Assembly: GCA_040285855.1 (NCBI GenBank)
Contig: JAUFOQ010000016.1
Coordinates: 1,054,001 to 1,118,000 of the forward strand
Direction of reading: 5' to 3'
Length of the DNA: 64,000 bases
From: Eukaryota sp. GEM-RC1
Lineage: Eukaryota
The notes under the pieces are model-generated. The model made no database searches. It was not told the DNA's origin and was given only the letters and a program-made list of their open reading frames with translations. The position numbers and the translations under genes were made by a program. Shown here piece by piece: positions 36,423 through 48,030 of the stretch. Every line of letters begins with the position of its first letter. Within the stretch, counting starts at the first letter, position 1.

Positions 36423-36495
36423 GGGGGTGTAGCTCAATTGGTAGAGCGCGTCATTTGCATTGACGAGGTACGGGGATCGAAACCCTGCTCCTCCA
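36423..36495 (+). tRNA. tRNA-Ala(UGC), identical to 30666-30738
   Basis: Same 73-nt sequence on the opposite strand, followed by CATTTTT. Confidence 0.95.
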
Positions 36496-36636
36496 CATTT
36501 TTACCAGATTACATTTTTTTGTGCATATGAACACATGGTTCATACACAATCAAAAGGGGGGAATTCCACGACTGTTTGATAGACCAGTTATTCCAGATTG
36601 AACATCTTCAAAGGTTTCCAAAAATTTTGATCACAA

Positions 36637-39600
36637 ATGGCTGCTCTCAACGATGCTCTTATAGCATTTGTTGATTCTTCCTCATGTCATCGCAATGAAG
36701 CTGAGCAGTTCCTTCTACAATTCGAAAAATCCCCCGAAGCACCTATTGCTCTGATATCACTTTTCCCGACATCTCAAAGTAATGATGTTCGTAACCTTAT
36801 TGCTGTTCTTTTACGACGCTCTATAATTAAACATTGGAGTTCCCTGCAACAACAAGCCAAAACAACTATTCAGTCAACCCTTCTCTCTTTAATCGTTGAG
36901 CATCTACCTTCATTCCTCCGTACATCTCTTGCTGACGTCATCGCAGTCATCGGAGCTGCTACTATCCCCAACAACACCTGGCCTGATCTTCAACAGTTCA
37001 TAATATCATCCCTATCTTCTTCAGTGGACCATCTCCAACTTACCTCTTTGTCAGTTCTCAATGCCATTCTAGACCGCAGTGGTGGCTCTCTCCGACCTGC
37101 TTACCCTTCCATTTCCTCTCTCTTGTGCTCTCTTCTTGGCTCTGAATCCACTGATATTGTTCAGCTGGCCCTCTCCTGTTTCTCTCACTTATTTGGTTGG
37201 TTAGATTCATCAAAACAACATAAATCTCTGGCAAAGGATATCATATCTAGAGTTCTGCCAATGCTAAAATCAAGACCGGATCTAGAGTTTAAGTTATTGG
37301 AAGTCATTGAAGAAGTCATTCAAAGTCCGGCTAAATTATTAAAAAAGAGTGAATTTATTGAAATATTTGTTTTTATCAATGATGTGTTACAAATTGCCTG
37401 TCAGAGTACTGCAAACGTAGCATATACCTCTCGTTTGGTTGCAATACTTCAGTTTTTTGTTGAAAATCGAATTTCTGCTTTTGGAAAGAGTTCAAAACCC
37501 CATATCCACACATCATTTAAGATCTTGGCTGGATTGTTGACTGTCAAACCTTTTGATGTCAATCATGACGATCAAAATTCTCTACAATCATCAGCATTTA
37601 CGACGCTATCGTCATTTGCTGATAACTTGCCTCTTTCAGTAATTGTTGACGTTTTCCTATCTGAATGCAGCTCAAAAATGAATGGTTCTGAAAACGAGAG
37701 AATCTTTGCAGTTACTGCCCTCGGATTATTATTGACTCGTCTAATTCTTGGAGAAGATAATTCAATGGAAGAGATTGACTATGACGAGCTTTTGATTAAT
37801 ATTTTCAAGTTGAATTTTAATTTCCTACAGGATTCTGATGAAAAAGTTGTATGTGCAGCTCTAGCTGCAATTGCTCAAATGTGTGAATCCTTCCAGGATC
37901 TAAATGAATCAAAAACAGCTAGTGTATTTATTAAATTTTCCACCAAAATTTTAGAAAAAGTCGTTGAGATCATCCAATCATGTCAGAGTCGTCAAAGTCA
38001 CAAGTCTGATTTAGAATGGAGATCTTGGGTCGTTGTGGAGCATCTTGTTGAGCTTGATCACATGTCTCAATCATTTTTGAGCTCTACTTTCGAACTGATT
38101 GGTCCACGATTGCTAAATCACCTTGTAGTTGGACTACAAGATCCATTTGCACTTGCCTCATCACTAGAGCTTTGTTTCAAACGCTTGGAACTCTGTTTTT
38201 CTGTGTTCTCATCATTTGCTTCCACGTGTCCTCATATGTTTTCTTCAAAATTAGGTGACTATTTCAATTTAATTGCTTCTTGTTTATCTCCCGCCTTTAT
38301 GACCAATGAAGTGGTCCTGGAACGTGGTCTTGAAGTTTGTGGAAGGTCAATTGAATTCTTGGGAATTTTGATCTCTACCATGTACTCAAAAGTACCAGAA
38401 TCACGTGAATATCTCCTCAATATTTCAAAAGATGCTTCTGAACTCGCTCTTTTACCTCTCAAGTCACCTGAACATTCCGTATTGGCTTGCTATTCTATTG
38501 GTTTCATTTCCCAATTAATTCAAGCTTTCGGATCTCAACTGTTTGAGTTTTTCTTCTCAGTAGCATCTCCATTTTTCCAATCAGTTTTGAATTCAGACGA
38601 TCAATCAGATGATTACCTAAAACAGCTCAAAAACTCACGTGTGACGTCAGAATTCAACAAAAGTCAAGAGTCTTTTGACCTGGTTGATGATAACGACATT
38701 CCGTCTGATTCTTCTTCTGCTCCGTCACCACTTTCTTCTTTTGCAGCTGCCAACGAAGCAATAGCTGTCCTTTCATGTCTTTCTTCATTTGCTCAGTTCT
38801 GCAGAGAGCCTTTGTTCCAATTTGTAACTAAGTTTGTTCCACTTGTTGCTAAGGTATTAGTTTCTCCTTTTGCTGAAGTACGTGTTGAAGCGGTCAAATG
38901 TCTCGTCAATTTGACCCTGTGTCACGTCATGATTTCTAGTAAGTTTACTAGTGATAAACGGTGTTGGCTTCCTGGAGTTCCAGTAAGAGTAGCACTCAGT
39001 GTCGATTCTGATCCCTTGATTGTAATGACTGTCACTCATTTGTGTGATTTGATTACTGATGATGAGGATCATTCTGTCGTTGATTGTTGTCTTGAATGTC
39101 TTCGTGAGGCTCTTGCTCTTTTGGGCCCTGGTTGTTTGATCACCAATCAATCAAATTTGATTGATATGATATCTCGTGCAGTCTACTTAGTATTTAAAGG
39201 CGATTCAGAATGTCAATCAGCCACTCAAATAGACTCCGATGATGAGGATGAATCTGGGTTAGATTCAACCAATCAATCATTTTGATTGGACCTTTACGCA
39301 ATGTTTTTGACTCTGGAGCTGACGTTCTTTCTGCTATTGCTTACGTTTTGGGTAACGAATTCAGTTCGATTTGTGAACCATTTATAAACGAACTTGGAAA
39401 TCTTTTGAGTGGGGTCAAAAATGTCGATGTTTTGAGCACTGTTATTGGACTTTTGGCAGATTTTACAGAAGTCATTCCTGAAACTGTTGTATCTACTTTA
39501 AGTCAAGGAAATTCTGATGGAATATTGACCCTTTTATCAGTCGTTTCGTCTGCAATCAGCTCAAATCATGACGTTTTGGTACGAAATGGGTCTGTTTTAA

Positions 39601-40127
39601 TGTCGTCAATGATGAATGGTCTCTTGAATTCAATTGACTCTAAATATTCTGATCACGTTAATCAAATTTTGAATTCTTTAATGAAATCGGTCAGTTCATT
39701 TGACCAAGGGACAAGCGATAATGTTATAACTGCAATTATCTCAACTGGAAAAATTTTATTTAATATTTCAACAAATTTCAATTGTAATGATTTCTTATCA
39801 TCCGTAATTGACCATCTTCCTTTGAAATCTGATTTATCTGAAGATTCGTCAATAGTTAAAAATTTATTGTTCTTTGGCAGCTTTTCAGAATCCCTATCTC
39901 CAACATGTATTATTAAAATTTCCAAAGTTTTAATTAAAATGTTGGCTATTGGAAGACCTCAACTAGAACGATGGAAATTTGATGATTTTGAATTATTGAA
40001 ACAAAATTGCATCCTGTTTTTGTCAGAGGTATCAAAGAAATTAGATAATCAATCAAAAAAGATTCTGTCAGAAAGCCTCTATCAACATGAACAAGAATTT
40101 CTGCAACAGGCAAAGTTAGTTTTTTAG
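36637..40127 (+). CDS. Importin-beta family HEAT-repeat karyopherin (importin-4/Kap123-like)
   Basis: N-terminal EAEQFL..VRNLIAVLLRR..W, WPDL, acidic loops, and a C-terminal LPLKSD. The two ORFs join if a T is added to T4 at 39280-39283. Confidence 0.78.
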
Positions 40128-40139
40128 TTATTTTTTAAA

Positions 40140-40913
40140 TTATAATATAGTGTTTCTCATGTTTTTGAATTTCTTAGTAGATCTCTCAGCAGACCGACAC
40201 AGAATCGATTGTCCAAATATTTTAAAATTTCGATTATTCACGTGAAGTGTAAAGATACTTTCAGATTTTGGGACAGAAGCTATATCCATAACATCATTAG
40301 AAACGTCATCTCTTGCAATCCTGAATAAGTTCTTAGTTTCCTGAATTAGAATTCCCCTAAGGCCCACAAGTGACTGAATCTTACACCTGCTAACAGTAAC
40401 AGTAGCTCCATGGTAGTCTAAAGTAATGACCTTTGAGCAGAGAGATTGAGGGGCGTCTGAAGTAGAGAGAGTGGAGGTGGCATAGTCTAGCCAAAGAGAA
40501 TGAAGTGAAAGAGCTGTAGAACGAGGAATTGACTTTGGACATGTAAGTAGATTTGCTTGACGTGCCGATTTGCTGGTGATACGTTTCTTAGAAGATTCCT
40601 TCTTTGCTCGAGGGATCTTGATGTTGTCAAGATAGAAGGTTCTATCTTTGACTGTGTCTTGAAATGCATGACCAGTGGAAGATGAAGACTCATGGACAAG
40701 TTTAGAGACAAAAGTTTCAAAATTGGAGACAGACACAACATTGCGATGAATTTGATCAAAAGAAGGAGGATCAGAAGGTCGAGAAGCCTTGATGGGAGGC
40801 TCTGCCACGTTTTTGAGCTTAACAGGTGCAAGAGCACTTGGCGGTGTAGCTGTTTTGGCTTTAGGCTTGGCTTGCGAGAGCAGATGGGACAATGCTGCTT
40901 TACGAAAGCTCAT
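40140..40913 (-). CDS. POP4: RNase P/MRP subunit POP4/Rpp29
   Basis: LHSLWLDY, LDYHGATVTVSRCK..LVGLRGILIQET, VPKSESIF, IFG...RSAERSTKKFK. Confidence 0.92.
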   Translation of the reverse strand: MSFRKAALSHLLSQAKPKAKTATPPSALAPVKLKNVAEPPIKASRPSDPPSFDQIHRNVVSVSNFETFVSKLVHESSSSTGHAFQDTVKDRTFYLDNIKIPRAKKESSKKRITSKSARQANLLTCPKSIPRSTALSLHSLWLDYATSTLSTSDAPQSLCSKVITLDYHGATVTVSRCKIQSLVGLRGILIQETKNLFRIARDDVSNDVMDIASVPKSESIFTLHVNNRNFKIFGQSILCRSAERSTKKFKNMRNTIL

Positions 40914-41207
40914 AGATTATTTCAGAGTTTTGGGTGTTTGTGTCTGGGAATTCTCTTTTTCATCCCTACTCGGGATGTTCACCGTACTGCAAAAACCAGT
41001 TTAACACCAATTCTGCAGAACAACAATAAACAATTACACATGAGTTATTCATACAAAAATGTATGAGAATGATATTAGAATTGTAGTCGAAAAACAAAAA
41101 AAGTGGGAAATAACAGAACCAAGTTCAAAGAGCTTTAACTTTTTACATTTTTTGAATACAAAAAATCATTTATATTTGACGATCGACTACAATTGGCAAT
41201 ATATTGC

Positions 41208-41693
41208 TTAACATTTAGGCGTGGCGTGCTTTTGAGTTTCCTGTTTTGCCTTCCTCAGATAACCTGCTTTGTCAGTTAGATACTGAGTTCCCAGTTTTTC
41301 ATCAAGTGGATCATTAGGATTTGGTTCTTGTAGTAGTGATTGAATGGACAACAAAACTGTGTTAATTTGCATAGCCGGACTCCAAAGATCCTTGAGAATA
41401 TCCAAACAGATACGGCCGACGTGATCTATATTCATGTGGTAGATTGGAGTTACAAATCGACACTTGGGTGCTTCCATTGGACTGTGATAAATATGTCCAG
41501 ATATGTATTAGACAAACTAAGAAGGAGGAAGATAGAGTTCCACGGTGAAAATACCACTTTCATAGGGGCTATCAGGAGGTCCAGATATTTGACATATAAG
41601 ATATCGGTTGTTGCTAGGGTCCACTGTGACCGAAATGCCATCAATTTTATCACGTAGAAGACGTACTATTTCCTTATTGATTCGAGCTGCCAT
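41208..41693 (-). CDS. UBE2N: Ubiquitin-conjugating enzyme E2, UBC13/UBE2N-like, one intron
   Basis: A 36-nt intron at 41482-41517 restores [51 protein letters not shown]. Confidence 0.85.
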
Positions 41694-41802
41694 TCAGAGC
41701 GCAAAAGAGAAACGAAGCAAATGGATGGAAGAAGGATGTGAATTGGGGATTTGACTTCTCCGAAAATTCCTCTCAACTGAAAATTGGCCAACCAAAACAA
41801 AA

Positions 41803-44522
41803 ATGGCCAATCTTCGTCTCACTTTGAGAAAGAAACGTCCCGTTTCAGAATCTGATGTATCTTCTCGTGAATCTGCAACACCGAGACCTGTTGCATCTCC
41901 ACCCGCAGCCCCTCCAACTCCTCAGGCTTCCCCTGTTGTACACCTTGCTGCCTCTGCAGCTCCCATAGTTGGACCTCCTCCGGATGGATTCATTCATTTC
42001 AATGAGGAACACCTTCCCCCTCTTCCATCTGAAGTGTTTTCCATGCTGAACACTATTCTGGACGAGCTTGTTGCTAACGACAACCTTTTGCCTTCGCCTC
42101 TCCTCCCTGATCTCAACATTCTCCCTGGATATGACCTTGTTATCAAACATCCTATGGACTTTTCCACCATGAGATCCAAGCTCCATGCACATCAATACCG
42201 TACACTCACCCACTTCAAACATGATCTCTCTCTCATTTTCCGTAACTGTCTTCGTTACGTTGTCCCTAACACAGTTTTTTCCAATCATGCTGTCCAGTTA
42301 GCTGACCTTTCTGACAGGCTCCTTGGCATTCATCTCTCCTCCCTATCTATCCCCAATTCAGGCATGTCCATTGCACAAGCCTCCGTCCCTCAACCTGTCC
42401 AACCGCCTTCTAAACCCACCCCCACTCCCAGAACTACACCTAAACCGAAACACCGCACTCCTCGCACCGCTCCTCAACCTTCACCACCTCAACCTTCACC
42501 ACTACCTTCTCGAAAGCGATCAGCTGCTGTTAGGGCTTCTCGTGCCGTCAGCTCACTCACGAACATGGAGGATGACGATCCTCTTCAATCACCTCCTCCC
42601 CCAAAACGGAAAGAGGTTGTTCAACGTGAAGTCTTTCCTGATTTGGAAGATCTCAAGTCGGAAAAACGATCTCTTCCCTTCGATGATTTACTAGAAGATA
42701 TCATTTCCAGACTAGAACGTGCTGATGAGCTGGCAATGTTTCTCCAGCCAGTCAATCAACGAGAAGTTCCTAGTTATTATAAAATAATCAAGAAGCCTAT
42801 TGATCTACGATTAATGAGAGAGAAGGCTAGACGAGGCGAGTATCAGAATTTTGAAACATTAAAATCTGATTTTGACCTTATGATTGGTAATGCTCTTAAG
42901 TTTAATCCTCCAAAGTCTTTATTCGCCACGTGTGCAAAGAGAATGAGAGACTATGGACATCAACTGTTTGAGATTGAGATGTACCGTACTTCTATTAGAC
43001 CATTGACTTATGAAGAAATCCAATCACGACAACTGCTGTCAACAGAGATCAAAATGGTTGATTGGGTGATGATGTTGACGAGTGAACTGCAGAAGCTTGA
43101 CAGGCTTGGTCTCTTCTCCCAACCTGTAGACCTTACTCTGTATCCTGATTATAAGAAGTACGTTGCCCAACCCATGGACATTTCTACAATTCAAAGGAAA
43201 GCAGAAGGTAATGAGTATCTCAAACTAGCTGAAGTTAGAACCGATGTTCTTTTAATAGCTCTCAATGTCTTTAGGTACAATGCTCCCGAGTCTGATGTTG
43301 CAAAGGAAGCTAGATTCTTCATGTACGATGGACTTGACTTGTGGGCTAAACTATCACGTCATCGCAATGTCCTGCCGCCGTCTCAGCCTTCACGAAAACG
43401 ATTGATTTCTCAAGTTGCTGAGGAAAAGCCTACTCCTAAAAGAGTTCGCAAGGGTTTGGCTGTTAGTAAGTCTTTTAAGGCAGAGTCTGTTCCATCTGCT
43501 TCTATGCGTCAGTTGCAAATGAGATTGCGTAACATTGTTGCTGCAATTGAGCAAATGGATGAGACTCGTGTGTTTTACTCAGCTCCTGCAAATGCCAAGA
43601 ATCCAGTTACATTTGATTCTATTAAATCCTGTATTGATGATCAAAAGTACAAGAGTTTAGTGGATTTGAAATATGACATTGACCAAATGTTGTCCAACGC
43701 TCAGAACTTTTCCGATCAGTCTTCTTTATTTAACGTTACTGCTAAGAGCATCGCTCCAAATGTTCAAAAGTTGTTAATCACCGAAGCTATAAAGTCTGGT
43801 GAGTATGCCAAGTTCCCACACGTGTTTGGGGAAGTTGAAGCACCAGTCTCAGTTACTTCAGCCATGGCCCCTCCTCCAATTCATTCTCCTGTTCCACCTA
43901 CCCCTCCAGTGCCAAGGTCAAAGAGAATCCGAATGAAAAAGGTCAAAAGATGAGCTCACCGACTTCCATTCCTTCAGCTCCTGCTACAGTTGTTTGTAAA
44001 CTTGATGCGGTGGGAGGACGGTCTTTCTTTAGTCGTATGATTCAACGGTTTAATTGTGATGAGAGTGCTATTTATGCGGGACCGTTTGCACACACTTTTG
44101 ATTCTAGTTTTTATGATGAGTTGCCTTGTAGTCAACTGTCTGAATTTGATGGAACAACTGATTTGATTGTTAATCAATTAGATAGCTGTTCTTTCGATGG
44201 TACTGGTGATCTGATATCTGCTCTTACAGAATCAACCTACGCACCCACGGGAGTCCCAATGGAGGAGGATCTTGTTCTAAAACAAGAAGATTTAGCTACA
44301 GTTTCAGTCACAGAAAACGATCCAATTATAGAAGGATTATATAGAGCTGAAGCTGGGGAGTTAGTGTTGGGATCTGTGTGGAGTGAATTTAAAGAGAGGT
44401 ATGGGGGGAATTATGAGAGTGCTTTGGGTACTCTGTTGCTGAATATTTTAAATAATGACGGTGATTTAGTTTCTGTTTTTGAGTGTCGCAATTTAATTAT
44501 TGATATGTTATTGGCAAAGTAG
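41803..44522 (+). CDS. Multi-bromodomain protein (three clear bromodomains, one degenerate), probably continuing into ORF 43950-44522
   Basis: PGYDLVIKHPMDF, PSYYKIIKKPIDL, PDYKKYVAQPMDI. The downstream ORF (YAGPFAHTFDSSF) resembles the BRD7/9 C-terminal region and joins if an A is added near 43945-43948. Confidence 0.8.
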
Positions 44523-44725
44523 TGTGATCTTTTGGTTTATTTTATTTGTTTTATTTTTTCTTGTATTATTACTTTGTTGTATTTCACCAACTTCGACTCT
44601 GACTTCTCACTTTATTTATCAATTCTATTTCTGTTTTTTTGGGCAGAGTTGTTCATGAATAAATGATACATGCTCTTATAGATTTAAAAGACTAATAAGT
44701 ACAATGTATTTTATCACAGAATAAA

Positions 44726-45275
44726 TTATGAATCTCCTAACAACGAATCAACATCATCTAACTTTTTCTTTATCTTGTCAATGACTTCAGGAGTCATGAA
44801 AGCTTGAGAAGTATGTACATCATCAGAATCTGAAGGTGATATCTTGAACTGGAGAAGAGCACGTGTTTCATTGTTAACCATGTCCAACCGCCACGAAAAG
44901 TTATCAAAAGTATCTCTAAATCTGAATGGCTTCATGAGTGAATGAGCAAACTCCGAACGATGTGCAAAATAGAATGCTCGAATAACTTTAGCAGTTTTAG
45001 TTTCTATCTTTGAAGAGATTAAGAAGTCCAGTAGTTGGTCATCTTGAGGTAGTGTTTCAAGGTAAGAGATAACTTCGTCCAAGTGTTTCTGTACATCAAG
45101 ATCTGAGCCGCAGTTGGCGGCTAAAACTTCAGGATCTGGATTCTGTTTTGATCCTCTACAATCATAGATATGATCTAAGAGTGAAGCTATGTTCTTTTGC
45201 GGTATTGTGTTGAGGCAATTCATGTGTTTTTCTAAGAGAAAAAAGTCATTTTCTCTTAGTCCCAATCCTTGTCAT
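44726..45275 (-). CDS. COMM-domain (COMMD-like) protein
   Basis: C-terminal FSWRLD...ALLQFKI...MTPEVIDKIKKKLDDV. The ATG at 45275 needs one base removed from CCC 45261-45263; the alternative ATG is at 45223. Confidence 0.65.
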
Positions 45276-45280
45276 TTCTA

Positions 45281-45767
45281 ATGGCAGAGCAAGCAACTGA
45301 CTGTTTGTTGCCCACTTCTTCTGTGGTTGACCACAGATTATCAGAAATATTATTGGCTTAAAGGCAAATTTCGTGACTTGGAAAAGAAACTGCTTGCTCA
45401 AGAGTCTGAAATAACTCAACTACGAACCAGAAATCAAGAACTTCTTGCTGAAAGAACACACTTTATAGACAGACTTATTGAACTGGAACATCTTGATGAA
45501 GAAGAACCGGCTTTATCATCAGAAACGGCTGAAAAAACGGCTGCACATATCATTTCTAGTGTTCTATGTGATTATAGAACACATACTACTAGATGTGGAA
45601 GGAGGGTAATTCCTGGACTCACGAAGTGCCTACAACACGCTCCTCATGATCCAGAGTCAGGGTTTGTGTTTTGTGAGAAGTCAGGGTGCAATAATCCTGC
45701 AAAGCAAAATCTATCTGGACCTTCCTTTTGTGTTTATCACATGAACACTACATTGGATCTAACGTGA
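45281..45767 (+). CDS. INO80E/TFPT-like coiled coil fused to a C3HC3H-type zinc finger, one intron
   Basis: A 34-nt intron at 45303-45336 gives MAEQATDYYQKYYWLKGKF..ERTHFIDRLIELE, followed by C..C..C..H..D..C..C..C..H. Confidence 0.7.
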
Positions 45768-45947
45768 TGGTCTACTAGTTGAACAGGACAGTATTGGCAA
45801 ACTTTTACTGGATATTGTTATGTAAAATACGGTCTCATTTACAATTGGCAGTTGGATTTACAAACATTCAGTGATTACGTTGATTTTCCAAAATATTTCA
45901 ATCATTTTAAGTACTTCGCATCAATAAAATCGAATAATAAATACAAA

Positions 45948-46361
45948 TCATCGATGATGTTTCAGAGGTCTGTAATCATGTGAAGATGTCCGTTTCCCTG
46001 ATTGAAACGTGCGCTCACTAAAAGAAGGTGCGTGATCTACCAATAGAGTAGACGACGAAGCATCTTCAAGAACAAAACCTGTCATGTTATCAACTGCGAG
46101 AATACATGACTGTGGATTTTCAAACTTGATCCAGCAGAACGGATACTCTGATCCTTTAGAATAGGATGACAGAACTTCCCCAAATTGTGAAAAGATTGTT
46201 TCAACATCAGAGAGAGAAAGTGGTAATGTCTTGGTATTAAGAAACTTGATATAGATATATGGACAACTGGAGTATTGCCCGTGATAGGACGCCGAAGTCC
46301 AGGAAACCCCAAGGTCCAGTTCTCTTTCAGATGTCTGTTGCAGTTGTTTTATCTTGAACAT
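45948..46361 (-). CDS. RBMX2: RBMX2/Snu17(Ist3)-like RRM protein (RES complex)
   Basis: ERELDLGV..SYHGQYSSCPYIYI, IFSQFGEV, SCILAVDNMTG..LLVDH. Confidence 0.85.
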   Translation of the reverse strand: MFKIKQLQQTSERELDLGVSWTSASYHGQYSSCPYIYIKFLNTKTLPLSLSDVETIFSQFGEVLSSYSKGSEYPFCWIKFENPQSCILAVDNMTGFVLEDASSSTLLVDHAPSFSERTFQSGKRTSSHDYRPLKHHR

Positions 46362-46450
46362 CGGTATGATAAGAAGAACGGATGAGGGAAAAGTAGTAAA
46401 ATGGACACTTTTCCCTGCACATCAATTCCTTCATCTTGATGAACTAATCG

Positions 46451-48030
46451 ATGTTAACTCCCATTTGCAAGTTAAGTGAAGGTGAAAATATCACTGTGGG
46501 TGGCATGATCACATATCTATCGGCTGTGCGCCAAACGAAATCTGGAAAATCCTGTTTGTCTTTCGTTCTGAAGGATTCCAACTCCGCTATTCGGTGCACC
46601 ATTTGGGGTGATGCAGCAACAGAAATGAGTCTCTCCCAACGCTCTTTTATTGTCATATCTAAAGTACGTGTGAAAGCCAAACAATCACACACTAACTATG
46701 TTGACACGCTGTCAAATGTTCCTTATGAAATTCATCTCAATGATGACTCTGTCATTAACATATCCAATGCAGATTTGTTTGCAATTCCACATCCCATTAT
46801 GTGTAACCTGTCTTCAGTTCACAATTACATTGGGCAAACAATTCATGTTATTGGTCTTGTTGTTGCTATTTATCCTGTATTGTTTTATCAAAATCATCTT
46901 ACTCTAGGTTGAACAAATCACTACTCAAAAGGGAACTCAAACTCTCAAAATTTCTGCTCGTATCAATGATGAATCTACATCAATAGTAATCTCAGGCTGG
47001 GGAACCTTCCAAGCAAGTCAAATCGAAAGTCTTTCCAAAAAATCAAGTGGCTGAATTTATCGGTGTCAAAGTGAATGCTTATAACAACTCATTTAATCTG
47101 TCACTCACTGGAGAAACACAGATTCTCTATCAGCCGTCTTCTCATGCTGGACTAAGACTACAACAACTAGCACGAGCTGGTCAATTGGTCATCCACACTC
47201 CAATGAAGTCTCTGCCGACGATGGATGATTTGACAGTAGAAACCGCCTCATCATTCCTGATGAAAGAAGGGGAAATTCCGATGAACGGCTCACTTACATC
47301 AATTGTGATTGGTTGGATTGCTGATATACAACTCAGTGGTAATTCTGGTGTCTACACAGCGTGTACCCAATGCAATGCTGTTTTTCGTGACAATCTGTGC
47401 TCCAAATGTGACGGCTCTGAATCAAAACCTGTATTTCTTGTCAGGATTACAATTGCAGACCCCACAGGATCAGTTTCAGCAGTTGTATTCTCGAATAACG
47501 CTGAGGAAATGCTGCAAATTACTGCAGAAGACTTTGTGATTCTTTCACAGGAACAACGACGTCTTCTTGAACAAGAGTTTTTGTGGAAACCGTACAAAAC
47601 AATGCTGAAATTGAAACAGCGTCTTGATCGTACCTCAACTGAATGCCTTGAAGTGCAACCTATCTCTCAAAGTGATGTAAGTACTTTCTTAACAGGAATT
47701 ATTCCAATGTCAAATGTAACAAATGAAACAAGTCATCGTCCATTTATGTATGAAGAACAGCAGAGCATCAGTCTAAAGCAACAAGAAATTAAGATAAAAC
47801 CACAAATATCACCAAGAAAACTACCAAACATGAAGCACAGTCCACTCGCTAGTCCGAGACCATTATTTAAAATGGCAAAATCCAATGTTGAGAATGAATT
47901 AAAAACTTTGAGTTCAAATAGAGGTTCAAAGATACAACTTTTAAGGAACGACAAACCAATCAAGTCAATGCCAATGATTAGAACAACTTCTCTTTTCATA
48001 AATAACTTAAAATACATTTCACAATCATGA
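46451..48030 (+). CDS. RPA70-like (or MEIOB-like) multi-OB-fold ssDNA-binding protein
   Basis: OB folds (IRCTIWG, ISGWG, ITIADPTG) and a C4 finger YTACTQC..CSKC. It has a 31-nt intron at 46877-46907 and a frame break at A6 47037-47042. Confidence 0.8.

Noticed and set aside
39280..39285. Euplotes-style programmed frameshift at TTT-TGA (and AAA-AGA-TGA at 43945-43953)
   Set aside because: The other breaks are not adjacent to stops, go in both directions and share no motif. Homopolymer error is simpler.
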